Below are positions 1-12,253 of a stretch of DNA of 64,000 nt, piece after piece. The notes beneath the pieces are model-generated. The model was not told the origin of the DNA. It made no database searches and saw only the letters and a list, made by a program, of their open reading frames with translations. The stretch's first letter is position 1. Each line of letters begins with the position of its first letter. Origin of the DNA: Catajapyx aquilonaris (taxonomy: Eukaryota); NCBI GenBank assembly GCA_000934665.2, contig KZ537993.1:124001-188000 (forward strand), written 5' to 3'. The position numbers and the translations under genes are program-made.

Positions 1-1642
1 GGTTGCTGCTGCTGAGGCTGGACGGGAGATGGGGTACGGTGGTCGTAGTACACCCTCGGGTACAGCTGAGCAGTGCTGGATGGGGATGACGACTTGGGCT
101 GCTGCTGCTGCTGCATATGATGCGGCAGAGGAGACCTGGAGGGCTGCTGACCACCGTACGGCCAACATGGAGGAGACGAGGTAGACGGACGTTGCTGCTG
201 CTGCGGCGGCGATTGTTGAGGAATGTAGTAGTCATTGTTGCACACCACCACCCCTCCCCGTGACGAAGGGTAGGATGCCTGGCCGGAGTATGCCACTACA
301 GAGCTAGGCTGGGAGATCATTGAGGAGGTTGAGGACGACGAGGAGGAGGAGGAAGAGTGGGGGTAGTCCTCTCCGCCTCGCATGATGATGTTGTGGAGGA
401 TATCTGTCCGCTTGAGTTGCTCGGCGGTCATCTTGGGTCCCTCCATCAGACTCTTGGCAAGCGTGGAGTGGGTGCTGCTGAGCGGAGCCCCGGAGGAGGA
501 GGGAAGGGGTGCCAGGAGTGCCGCAGAGAGCACCGACATTGGTGGTCCCACCGGAGGTGAGGCCGAAGAAGTGGACGGGGAGCTGCTGCCCACCGAGGAA
601 GTGGAGGACGGGGACATGGCCGAGGGCTGGTGGGGATAGTGCTGCTGGTGCTGGTAGGCCAGGTGGGACAACATGGCTGGGGAGGACTGGTGCTGGGTGA
701 CGGGGCAGTACCCGCTGCTGGCACTCTCTGGCTCCGGGGTGCCCTTCCGCAGAGCCCGGAACTTCTTATGCGGCTTGTATGCCTCGTCCATCAGGAGGTT
801 GGTGTCGTACAGCGGAGGCGCCTGCAACGCCCGCTTCAGCACCGGCATGTCCTCGATGCTCTCGCTCCCTTTCTCTTCGTCCTCTTCTTTCACCTTATCC
901 TCCACCGAGGACCTGGGGCTGGAACACACCGACGTCGGCGCACTGGAACTGAGCTTGTCCGCCTTCTCCGGTCCCGACTCGATCCCGGAGTCGGATGGCG
1001 AGTCCAACTTCCTCAGTTTCAGTGGGCACTTGGGCGAATCGCCCGCACTAGAGCACTCGTCCCCAGAGGTGGATCCGCCTTCCGAGTGGGAATTGTCTCT
1101 CCGCCTCTTGTTACTGTTTGGCGCCAGGGCCGCGGCCAACACGCCCATCGCGGCTACACCAGCCGCGGTTCGGACGTCGGTCAGGGTGGCCACTTCGCCC
1201 GAACACACAGATTCACTACTGGACACCGATCCCAGCGGCGATTTCACACCCTCGTACATGGTCTGGTAGGCCTCCTCCTTCACCTCGGACCACACCGGAC
1301 TCTTGCTGTCGTCCCAGGAACCTTTACTGCTCTCCTCCCAGATGCTGCTGGCACTGCTGTTGCTCCCACCCATCGCCTGCCGGTACAACTGGCTGTTAGG
1401 GCTCAGCTGCTGCAGGTGCTGTTGCTGTTGTTGCTGCTGTTGTTGCTGCTCCGTCATCTTAAAGGCCAGCAGCTTCTCAGAGTGCAACGTGTTAAGTGTC
1501 CGAAGATCCGGAATCTTCTTGATCAGCTCCTGGTATACGGTGGGATTATCCGGGTGGGTCTGGGCCAAGGCGGTTTGCAAGGCACCTTTCAGCTTGCTCT
1601 GCATCTTTTCGATCAGCTCCGTGTTACGCAGACCAGGCCGAT
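1..1642 (-). CDS. E75: E75 last large coding exon: end of the LBD plus long Q/S-rich C-terminal (F) region, open past the window start
   Basis: Acceptor tttacag|AT at 1643/1642. Translates DRPGLRNTELIEKM...IPDLRTLNTLHSEKLLAFKMTEQQQ...KSPLGSVSSSESVCSGE...RKLDSPSDSGIESG...IEDMPVLKRALQAPPLYDTNLLMDEAYKPHKKFRA...LSSTHSTLAKSLMEGPKMTAEQLKRTDILHNIIM. No stop was seen before position 1. Confidence 0.95.
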
Positions 1643-1726
1643 CTGTAAAGACAAACCAGGAATCGCACCGTCATACACCTGCTAATGCTCGCCATTTAAA
1701 TCCCCAACAACCAGCCCTCTCCTTAC

Positions 1727-1901
1727 CTGAAGATATGACGACAACGGCGCAAAAAAGCCCGATTTGAGCATCTGTTAGCCGCAGAGCGTTGAGCCTGTCG
1801 GCAAAGTCGAACATGGAGTCCAAGAGGAAGCGGGCGTTGCAGCTGTTGTGCACGGCCTCCCTCCGCACCACCTGCCCATTCAGACACAGCATGCTGTTGG
1901 T
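1727..1901 (-). CDS. E75: E75 LBD exon
   Basis: acag|ACC...TCA G|gtaagg; 175 nt; TNSMLCLNGQVVRREAVHNSCNARFLLDSMFDFADRLNALRLTDAQIGLFCAVVVISS. Confidence 0.95.
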
Positions 1902-2166
1902 CTGTAAACACGGGAAGGAAGGAAGAAGTGGTACCGTTAAAAAGGTGCCGGGCTTCGAACCTATTTGAAACTACGGCCTCGTTTCTAGGAGAAGAGAGGG
2001 CGGATAATAACCCACCCAGGGCGGGGATTTTTGGGAGCAAGCCTTGGTGTGTGCCTGCTGGTTTGCGGCCCATTTCGGGTCGGGGGCATTCCTAACGGTA
2101 CACCTAGGCAGGTGTGAGGCCTTGATCCCCTGAAGGTCGAATCAAAAGTTGCCAATTTCCTCTTAC

Positions 2167-2385
2167 CTGCGAGTCAAACATGCAGGCCAGTCGCACCAGC
2201 AGCACCTCGAAGACACCGGCCTTCAGCAAGGTGACCTGGTCATCCTGGGCCAGCACAGAGAAACCCGGGATGCGTTTGGCGAATTCGACCACCCCTCGGA
2301 TGGCCGGGGAGAATCGCTCGGAGAAGTCCTGCAGCAATTGCTGCTGTCCGGTCAAAGGTTGTGGGTTGGGGTTGAGTGGGCAAGC
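2167..2385 (-). CDS. E75: E75 LBD exon, containing the ACPLN heme-ligand cysteine motif
   Basis: tcag|GCT...CAG|gtaaga; 219 nt; ACPLNPNPQPLTGQQQLLQDFSERFSPAIRGVVEFAKRIPGF...LLKAGVFEVLLVRLACMFDSQ. Confidence 0.96.
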
Positions 2386-3857
2386 CTGAGAAAAGACATA
2401 CAAAAACGCAAGTTCAGCAGTGTCCGGATGCTTACACAACTGACGCCTACACACACTTGGCCGCACCGAGTCCAAAATAGACCCGTAAATAGCTTTGCTT
2501 ACTAGATTCAAGGTTTCGGCAGGGTTGTGGGTGGTGGGGGTGCTGCAATCGATCTATGTTGCGAGGTAAAAAGCACCCAATCAATATGGAATGACCTCCC
2601 GGTTCGGACGTGGGTGGGATAGGTGTGGAGTATTATTTTCTACGACCTTGGATACCAGATACGCCGTTACACTTTTGTCAAAATTTAAACATCCCCCAGA
2701 AGTGCAAAAAAAAAAAAACGGGCAATGACCTTACGACCATCGATTTCACATATTGGGAAGCGGCATCATCGCACGACCTCGCTCCATTTCCAAATTTTTA
2801 CCGAACTCTGTACTACCGGCCAAACAATTTTCAGACCATTAATAACACCAAAAATTTACATTCGCACAAAGGCAACATGGACCCCCTTTATTTCTCACGC
2901 TGGATCGGAAGTGGGTGGACCAACCTCCCACCCGAAAAAAATAATGTAAAAAAGTGCATGGCCTGCAAAGCGACCCCAATGGCTTTTTCAGACCGGGTGT
3001 TGTATGGGGAAGGCTGAGGGAGGATTTACGGCACAACGACGTTGGGCGACGCGACGCCTTTTTCCAAGGCTGGCAGCTGCTGCCCCTCCCCAGCCCCCCT
3101 GCCACCTCTTTGTGTTTTTGGAACACGGCCCAGGTGCAACACGGGGCGGATGACCTTCGAGGGGGCCTGAACGTCACCCCTGGGTTTTTGCGACTGATCT
3201 TATTAGGTTCACGACCCGATTAACCAGCCCCACATTTACACGTGCCGGGCCTCCCCTCTCTTTGCAAATGTCTCATCCTCCAGAAGTAGAAAGGGACGGC
3301 GGGGGTGATCAAGGTTGCCAATCAGGAAGAAACCTTCGACTAACCCTGAGAAGACCTTGCCGGGGCGAAAACGGCCAGTGGAAAAAAGTAAAAACGGATC
3401 GCGCGCATCATTTTCCTGTTGTCAGCACATTCTGGGGGTGTCCTAACATTATAAGGGTCGACCTCGTCCTTGTATTGTCCGGCAACAGATTAAACGAGCC
3501 TTGGCCACTTCCGCCTTGGTCACATTGTTGCGGGGTCGTGTGTACGAGATGCTTCCGGTGTGACCTATCTGGGTCGATCCAATTCCTCGGCAAGGATTGG
3601 TGTCAAGGGTCTCTCACACACTTAATTTTTGGGCCGACCAAAAATTTCGGGGGGTCCATATTTGTCGACCTCACTTTCACCTCCTCCTTTCGACGTCCTT
3701 GCCTATATTTCGGCACTAGGCCCCACCGGTCATCCCTCACTTTCTCTTGGCCTCGCCAAAGAGGGAAAGTGACGAGAAAAAGCGCGCGCGCTCCAAGACT
3801 GCCCTATTTCCTGTCCCACTAAAAAACCCACGTATACACAAAACGGTGTCAACTCAC

Positions 3858-4099
3858 CAAAGTTGTGGGGCACACGGACAATCCGGGCTGCTCACGTGCC
3901 CGGACAATCATGGGCTCCACCTTATCCCGTGTGAAGTCGCAGGTGTCCAGATGTGCCCGGATCACCGTTGCTGACAACTTGTGCTCATCCTCCAGTTCGG
4001 TAGCCAGCGCCTTCTCCTGAGACTTGGCGTTGGACGACTGCTGCATGGCGGCCAGTATCTTGGCCTTCTCTCGTTTGGGCACGCGGCCGAAGCGAACCG
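3858..4099 (-). CDS. E75: E75 CTE/hinge exon
   Basis: acag|CG...TTG|gtgagt; 242 nt; (A)VRFGRVPKREKAKILAAMQQSS...RAHLDTCDFTRDKV...CPTTL. Confidence 0.96.
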
Positions 4100-4201
4100 C
4101 TGTAAAAATTTTAATAGAAAAATCCAATGATAAAAATGCACATGTTACCGGCGCACTGATTTAAACAGACACACAAAAAAAAAATTCGGGGTGACACGTA
4201 C

Positions 4202-4277
4202 GTGCATTATGATACCGGTATGTACAATCCCCTTTCAATATCCCCTTCAGTATCGGAAGATCGTCCGTGTCACTCAT
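4202..4277 (-). CDS. E75: E75D-like alternative first coding exon (isoform lacking the DBD)
   Basis: ATG at 4277; MSDTDDLPILKGILKGDCTYRYHNA plus phase-1 donor C|gtacgt. Joins exon 4099 to give ...YHNAPVRFGRVP, matching the LPILKGILKG...YHNAPVRFGRVP N-terminus of insect E75D. Confidence 0.88.
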
Positions 4278-5856
4278 TGTCACTATCACTGCCACTGTGA
4301 ACCCGCGGAATCACCAACACTTCATTCCAACAAAAGCGCGGTCAACACACTGACACGATCTCCAGGCCGTGCTCCCAACGTCCTAGCATGACGCGTAGCT
4401 GAGAGAGATTGGCGCGAGTGGAGGCCTCGCACGCGCGCCTCAGCTTTGCCCTCCCTCCCTCTCCCTCTCTCCCGCTGCACCGCCTCCTTTCCCCCCCCCC
4501 NCCCCCCCCCCCCCCCCTTCGCCACTACGCCCATCCCTTTGCCCTTGAACTTGGACTGGGGCGGAGAGAGAGAGGGAGTCGACGGGCGGTGAGGGGAAGT
4601 TAGCGCGGGGGAACCTCGACCTACTTCCCCCCGACGAGTGACCTTCAATCGGACCTCCGATGCTGCGCGCGGGGCCGCACAGCCCCGCTCGAGGCATATA
4701 CAGGGCGGGAACGGCTCACGCGCCTCTGTATTGTGACTGCCGGTCAACGGTAACCCCGGAAAAATTGCGTCACTGGCCCGGATCAATGGCGTCACAATCC
4801 GGAAATTTCGTCGCCTCCCCGTACAAATGACGTTACTGGTCCGTACAAGTGACGTCACCGGCCTGCACTACTGACGTCATATTCCCGGATCCTCACCTGT
4901 GCGTCGGATCCAACGGGCGTCATCCGGAACTGAGGCGCCCCAGGCGTCCTCTGATTCGCACATAACCATGGTCACTGCACTATCACAGGGTTAAACCACA
5001 AGTGTCGGAAGGGGTGTCAAATTTCCGGCATCCTTCCGCCATTTCTAGAGATTCGCGAACACAACCTCTCCCAACGGAGTCTGGCGGGGTTTTGCGGGAC
5101 CATGTCCTAGGTTTGGGCCCGGGGGAGGAGGAGGAGGAGTCCAGGAAGCGTGACCTGGCCCCATGCACTAGGCCACTGCCCGTGACGTCACAGGCGTGAA
5201 CTGACCTCGTTTTATCCCCAGCGCCCCTAGTGGCGCCAGACCGGAGGGGGTTCATCGGTACAAAGTTGGGGCTGTCCGGAACAGCAAAAAGTGAAACGTC
5301 CTTCGGGGTGCTAAAGATACCTGTGAATCAGCCTTTGCTGACTTTAAGGCCGTAATCAAGGATGAGCCCGTATTTCCGGCTCCATGGCCACCAGTCGTCC
5401 CCACCCACACGGACAGTAGGAGAGGCAGAGCTCTCAGAAAACGCGACAAAGCCCAAAAAGGGGGGCTGGAGCTATGAATGGTGGCTAGAGCGGATATCGA
5501 TCTGTGCAACCCTCGTGTCCCACCCTCCCCCCAGCCAGGCGCCATTCATTCACAAAGCGCCTGGTCGTGGGCAACCCCGGCGTGCAAACGCGTCTGAATG
5601 GTTATCTACATGCCAGGATACACTTCCGGGCAGTATTTCGGGCCCGGGTTTTGGCTAATCCCCGCCTATCGGGTGAGTCAGATTAAAAGCCCCCGTGCCC
5701 TAAATACTGAAGGGGACGATAAGGGTTCCCAGAAGCGCCCGGTTTTTCCCCCGAGCGGGGGTCAACGGCCCCGGCAGAGATAACGGAATTTACAGCACTC
5801 GTCACGCTACGTACACTCCCCGCGACTTTTTTGGCAATGTCCATTGGTACACTCAC

Positions 5857-6001
5857 CATCTCGGCTCATTCCGACAGCGATGCACTTCTTGAGGCGGCAG
5901 TACTGGCACCGGTTCCGGTTGATCCTGAGGATGGAGCACTGCTGGTTCTTGGTACACGGCCGGTACTGTATCTTCTGCTGGATGCTCCGGCGGAAGAACC
6001 C
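5857..6001 (-). CDS. E75: E75 second zinc-finger exon
   Basis: ttgcag|GGG...GAT G|gtgagt; 145 nt; [48 protein letters not shown]. Confidence 0.97.
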
Positions 6002-6022
6002 CTGCAAGTCAGATCCGCACAT
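6002..6022 (-). CDS. E75: Possible E75B-like N-terminus, contiguous with the second zinc-finger exon (one-finger isoform)
   Basis: In-frame ATG gives [13 protein letters not shown], with an in-frame stop further upstream. The acceptor at 6002 has almost no polypyrimidine tract. Confidence 0.45.
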
Positions 6023-9000
6023 GTCATCCACACATTGTACACACAACACAGTGTCACACGCAATGCACTCTCTTCAGCGCGCCGATGCAGACTGTGCGAG
6101 AGAACGTGGTGCCGCTGCCAGCACCGGCAGACCGTAGCGGTACCTCGAGGCGGCCTTGTTTATTTTCAGCGGTCGCTGACCCACTTAAGGGCCGTTGACC
6201 CTACTCCGAGGGCCCGCTCCCGATTCCCTCCTCCTAGGCGCTGCCGAGCGGCCGAAAGGGAAAGTACAACCGATGGAGATTTTTCGTGACGCAATGCGTT
6301 AGTTATCAGCGCCGCCGCCTGGCCCATTACGGTAACCTCCCTCGTGGAATACAACAGAAAAGAAAAAAAGAAAAGAAGTAGGTCTCGCACCCTCTCACTG
6401 CCCATCGGAGGCCACGTGGTTTGGGACAGGACGTTGCCCCCATGCTTTACTCCTACACCTATCGGAGGAGCACGCCTTATCATTTTCTGGAATAGTGCGC
6501 TACTTGGCTCGCGACTAGATTAGAAATAGAATGCTCCAGAAAATCCGATATGAACTATCGGCCAAATATTTTGTGGACACTTTCCGGAACTAAGTATGCA
6601 AACGATAAATATTTGCGATATTGCAGGCTTCATTAAATAGTGATCCGGATGTGTCGTAATGGTGCGAAAGACAAAGGTCAGGGCGAGTACTTCTCCTCTC
6701 GCTGAGCGATGCAAGTGGATCAGTAACCGACTCAGCTTGAGGTCATCCACCCCTAGGTAGGTCACTATCGGTCGTTCACCTCGGCGCGCAAAAAGGCAGC
6801 CTTGCCGCGGCTTCCTCCTCACTTTTTCCCACTCTACATTACAGTTGGCGAATCCTGTGCAATTACGTGTGCCCCGAATTTTTGCATACATTTTGTCGGA
6901 CATGTCTACCAAATATTTACATTGCACATTTTTTTACCCACAAAATTTAAGGTCGATAACGGCCACTCTGCCACAATAACAACGTAACTCATCGACCACA
7001 AATTGTTTACTTATGAATCAGCCGGTTCTAAATAAGTCAACATCAGCTTAGAAAATATTTATATCTAATTTTCAATATTAGCAGCCCCGTTACTCTGAAC
7101 ATCCAACATATTTAAAAAATCACTACATCATGCACACTATTTACCTATCTGAAATTTTCATTCAATTTTGAGCACTTAAGAGTTTCAGTGTAATTATGCC
7201 AATTCATAATTACAGCCTGCACAAGGTCGTTGTACACGCCTATCTGTTACTTAACAAATCCAGTCTTGAACCCAGTTTCGTGTGACCCAAGTACGTGACC
7301 GGACCTGGCCGGCCGAAGACCAACGTAACTTCCCTAGATCTAATCCGTTGACAAGCGATTTCCATACCACGCCTGCTAGACTGATATATGGCCGAGTCCA
7401 TTCACTTGTGCAAGCCTATCGCATACTATATCGTATATTTTATACGCCTTTTTATCCTTCTCGCGCTCCACTTACATCCGTTTCACCTGGCTCAACATGC
7501 AGATAACCCAGGGCTCTGATAGGATATCGCCGCCTATTTCCATACGTGAAATCGGATTTGGTCCATTTGTGTCAATACTGACGTCGCAAATATTGACGTC
7601 AGGTAAATGTCGACGACCCGATCACTGACCTCTCCCATTCCCCTCAGTTGACCGACTAGCACGATAGTGCTTAATCAGCCATAATTGGCAAACTGTACGG
7701 GAAATGTGGGTGGGAGGTCGGGATCGGTGGGTGGGTGGGTGGGAGTCATAGTCACGGAAGGTATAAAATAGTCTGGCAATAACCCTAGCGGCTATGGATG
7801 GTTATTTTTTTTTCTCGCAAAAAGGTGAACGACCAGGTTGTTTTCCCAATTATGGTACAGATCCGTACCGATGACCTCCTCCTCCCCACCTCCCAACCAG
7901 GTTGTTGAGCCGATTTTCGCGCGAATACATTACCCCGCCCAAATATCGCAACAAAGGGAGTGACGTCAAAATTTTTGACAAGTCCTCACAAAAGAGGTGT
8001 CGTCCGAGGTCGCAAGAGATTATTGTCCCTTCATTTTTTGCATCCTGTTGTTTTTTTTACACGGTGCAACTAACCCTTTATCGCGCCCCGACTTTTATTT
8101 TTAAATTATATTAAATAGTGTCCACTGTTACCAACCTCTTCGATAGTCAGTAGGTCACCATGCCTGCCAGCAGCTCTGGGCAAGGTCGCTACCAGTTTCA
8201 TAACCTGATGTTCAGTGATTCACGATTGCTTTTTTATGCCCCTGTGGGCTCCGTCGGATGTGCTCAATTTTGCCCCCGCCCCCGCCTCCCCCACAGTAGG
8301 TCATTTCACTTAAGCCCCGTGGCCAGCCCCGGTGACCTCATCGTTAAAAAGTCGGTAACCCTGACTTCGATTGGTTTAATGTCCCCAAGGTTGTTTCCAC
8401 CACCAATCGCCAACCGGCCTCTATACGCATGCCCTCTCGCACCATTATAATACGCGTATAGAACACACACAAAAAAGTGAGAGTGGGTGAATGACCGCCG
8501 GTTCTAGTACCAATGTGTTTTTACCCTCAGGTTGAGCGCTGGTATGACGCAAGCGCATTTTCAAGTGAAAGTTTGGTATTGCGGCACGCCGAAGAGATGT
8601 GCATAACATGACATAACGAGTGCATTCAAGCCGGTCCGCATTTTCGTCTTTATGGGGCCCATTCCTTGGGGGGACTCACAACAAAATTCTCCAGATAACA
8701 ATAATGTCGACCCCAGTCTAGTAACCCTGCCGGGAGACAAACAGCGGTCATTGGCAGTCAGCAACCGGCCTTCAACCCAGTCAGGGGGGAAAAGGCGGGC
8801 ACGAGTTCTCTCCCAAAAGGCCTTGACTCGCCCACAGAGTGCCAAGGGGGGTTAAAGGAACCCCGGGGCAGGACGAGGGGTGGGCGCAATTACAAAACGA
8901 TCAAAATATGACGTCTATTTGTCCCACGACTACACCAAGAATGAAATTGCCAAGAAGCCAATAAAGCTGCAAAGTGAATGAAATATCGAAGTAATATTAA

Positions 9001-9150
9001 TAGAATTAATAATAAAAATTACCGGTCCCTATGGGTATGTACACTGCACCAGCTTTATCTATGCAAAAATATTTCATGCCCTTAGCGAAATATGCGTATG
9101 GAATTTCCAGTGTACTGTATGAACCGGGCTATCCTGGCGAGTATGCCACC

Positions 9151-9164
9151 GGGTTGAATGCACT
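9151..9164. promoter_or_regulatory. hsp27-type EcRE-like element
   Basis: GGGTTGAATGCACT versus the Drosophila hsp27 EcRE core GGGTTCAATGCACT, one mismatch. Confidence 0.45.
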
Positions 9165-9187
9165 TCCGCTCGTCGCCGGGTTATTTA

Positions 9188-9328
<141 letters not shown>

Positions 9329-9782
9329 TCAGCACCGGGTGTCACATCAATAGGCACAATGTAACACTATAGTAATGACCAATCATCACTACCTATCTTA
9401 ACATTATTAACCACCACCGCCATTGTCAGCAATGTTCCGGGCCAACCGTCCGGATCACTTTCACTGGGTCATCTAATCCGTCAGCACCGGAATCCGGCGA
9501 CCAGTAAGCAAGTCCCACCCCCCTAATCCGCCACTTAGGATTGGTGGAGCCCTACCCCCCTCTGCACCCCTACGTCATTGGGACATTGACCTGGATTCGA
9601 TCGTCCTCCGGGTCGTAGTCCCCCCGCCGGTATGACCCACGTGCTAAGTAGCATGTGACCCCCAAAAATGGTCGATATTTCGGGGGTGGAAGCCGGGCCT
9701 TTGACCAGGGATATACCCGGCAGTGCAAAGCCCTCTCTCCCCCTCTCTAGCTCTCTTCTCCGGGGATCGATCGGCGTCCTCC

Positions 9783-9795
9783 GGTTCAATGACCA
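9783..9795. promoter_or_regulatory. EcRE-like IR1 in the first intron of the E75A-like unit
   Basis: GGTTCA-A-TGACCA, one mismatch to consensus. Confidence 0.5.
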
Positions 9796-9856
9796 CCCCC
9801 CCGGAGTCCGTCGACACAACACCCCCTCTTTCCCCCCCTCTAGTACAGCGACATAC

Positions 9857-9953
9857 CTATATTGAGATCTGGTTCCCGCCGATCGTGGTGTTCGACCTGC
9901 GGAGGCGGCGGCATGCTGCGCAACATTTGTAGGTCCTTGTCGTTCAAAATCAT
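9857..9953 (-). CDS. E75: E75A-like alternative first coding exon
   Basis: ATG at 9953; MILNDKDLQMLRSMPPPPQVEHHDRREPDLNI plus G|gtatgt (phase 1), giving REPDLNIEFDGTTV. Resembles the REPxLxI-EFDG end of E75A N-termini. Confidence 0.88.
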
Positions 9954-12240
9954 GCTACTAAACAACCACCACACTGCACTCCGCACTGTCCTGTGTCCAC
10001 TACGCGACTTCCAAAACTGGTCTGCCCCAAGCCCGAGTTCTCAGCTCCCTTCCACCCCGAAAAAAAAAAAAATATATAGAGGAACCAAGGCTCCGGCCTT
10101 GGTTGGGGTTTTTAGTAATGGACCGAGGGGAGGGAAGACCCTGTCGAAGGTCACCGGTGACTTGGGCCTCCAATGTGGGTTGGATAAGGAGCACACCACG
10201 CACAGGACACGGCCGGTCTCCAAAGAGAGTGAAAGTTCATCTAAACTGGATGAGAATGAGGATGGGACATGTACCTGGACCGGGTGGAGGGGGGGAGCGG
10301 GTTTCAGTGTTGAGGGAGGGTGGGGGGGAGGGTGAAGGTCCTATCGACCAATGCCAGGCGTGGCTGCCGGGCCTGAGCCAATCGGAGGGCAGGTTGCAAT
10401 CCGGGCGGCAGATGCTACGGGCTTTCCCATTGGTCACCGGCGTTTTTTCGGGGTCCCCCCCCCTCCCCCCCACCTCGCGCCCAAAAGTAACCCCTCCACA
10501 CCTTGGGAGGGTTCAACGTACCTGGCTTCCCAAACCTTGACTGACTTACCTACACTGGTCTATCCGGAGTACAGATTGATGGCAACTACCGGAAATTTTT
10601 GTATCTTTGTCGCGAGTACCTGAGGTATGGTGCAAGTGCAATGTCCTACCACCCACAATGGCGTGGCATTGCCCACAACCACCTCCCATCTCATTTAAGC
10701 CCATTCCCCTCCTTCACCTTCCAGGTGGCCAAATTCCACCTGGGCCCAGGCCATTGAACTCCTGAGGAACCTCCCCCCCCCCCCACCCCCAAAGAATTGA
10801 ACAAACTCAACCCCTTTTACCACCTTGCCCCAGAAATAGACAATTCTTCCAACCCCTTTAGCCCCCTGTAAATATACGTTTTACAAGGTGGCATGGGGAA
10901 TCACTATACAAAAAGGGAAACAACCCTAGAAAATTTTTTGGGTGCAAGTTCGGTGCCCTCGACCAAGGCCGTGTTGCTTATTATCCTGCGTAACTAGAAC
11001 ACCTTTTTGGGAGTGGAAAATAGTGAGACAAACGAAAGGGAACATTGTTACTGTCTTTGCCAAAAAATCCGTTGGCACAGTAATAAAAAGGGAGAGTTTT
11101 TTTTTAAAAAAAAGTTTAAATTTCGGAAGGGGGGTTGTTACTGGTGAAATGTGGGGCTGGTTGGTTTGTGTGAAGCAGAAGGACAGGACGAGCCTAAATG
11201 TCCGGCCCTGAACCCATGACAAGAGGGCAACGATTCACCCACAAGAGGGGGGGGGATCATGCCTGGAAATAGGTTTTTGGGCAGGTTGGGAAATGTCGAT
11301 TGCTGGCCCGGGGCCCGATTAGATTTTGAGGTGGTTTTTCGTGTGGGTGGGGGGTACAAAACTCTGGGTTTTTGGGAGGCAATTAACCCAACGGGTTCAC
11401 GGTTGAGAAACACTGCCGGGAGGGGGGGGGGTATTTTTGGAGCACCTCAGAGTGCCTGTATTGCGTTCATGTCGCAAGTACACCAAATTTCGCGGTCTAT
11501 ACAGCCGGTGACAGACATCCTTAATAATTACCGGATCAAAATATTATGAAAAACATTTCATAACTACGGAAGGTTCCGTGCCTGTCATTCAATCCTATTT
11601 TTAGGATCAAAAATTTCTCAAACCCCTTTTCCTATAATAGTACGTTCTTTCCCTCCCCATTTTTTTGATCCGGGCGCAAAAGACGTGAAAGCCTGTCATC
11701 ATCACGTCTTTTCTTCTTCCTCTTCAGCAGAAAGGGATAGTGGGTGAAAGCTATTTCCACCGCTGGATCCCCCCCCCCCCCTCCTAATGGCCCACCCCAT
11801 CCGGTTTCAAGGTCAGGCCTTGGGGAGTTGGGCCCTGACCCTGGGCCCTCCCCCACCCCTACTCCCGAAACATCACAAAAATTTCCCCAACTCTTCGGAG
11901 ACTCATCGTCCTTCTATGTATAGGGGAGGGGAAAAGCCCACACTCCGTTTCAATCATCTACCCCCTGGGTGCCATGTGACCCTAGACTCCTAAATCCCTA
12001 CCCCCCTCAAGGTCTTAAGACCCGAATTTGGACACTCGGGTGAAGGACCGGAGGAGACGAACTAGTCAAAAAGGTCAACGATCTATTTCAAAATTCAGAT
12101 TTATTTTTTGTAGTCCCCCAGCTCCCTATTTCTGATGCGACAAAGGATGTTCCCTACATTTGTTTTTCCAATCCCGAATAATAAAAAAAATCCCGAATTT
12201 AAAAATAAGCCAGCGCATTCCCCCCCTTTGTTTCCAGACC

Positions 12241-12253
12241 CGGTCACTGACCT
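12241..12253. promoter_or_regulatory. EcRE-like IR1 upstream of the E75A-like exon
   Basis: CGGTCA-C-TGACCT, one mismatch to consensus. Confidence 0.5.

Noticed and set aside
357..2505. Long plus-strand ORFs such as 630-1685 (351 aa) and 673-1269
   Set aside because: They are antisense shadows of the GC-rich E75 coding exons, with no independent protein features.
10544..10620. Strong minus-strand donor TAG|GTAAGT as another coding first exon or ratchet point
   Set aside because: An in-frame stop lies just upstream in the required phase and there is no pyrimidine tract; at most a non-coding exon.
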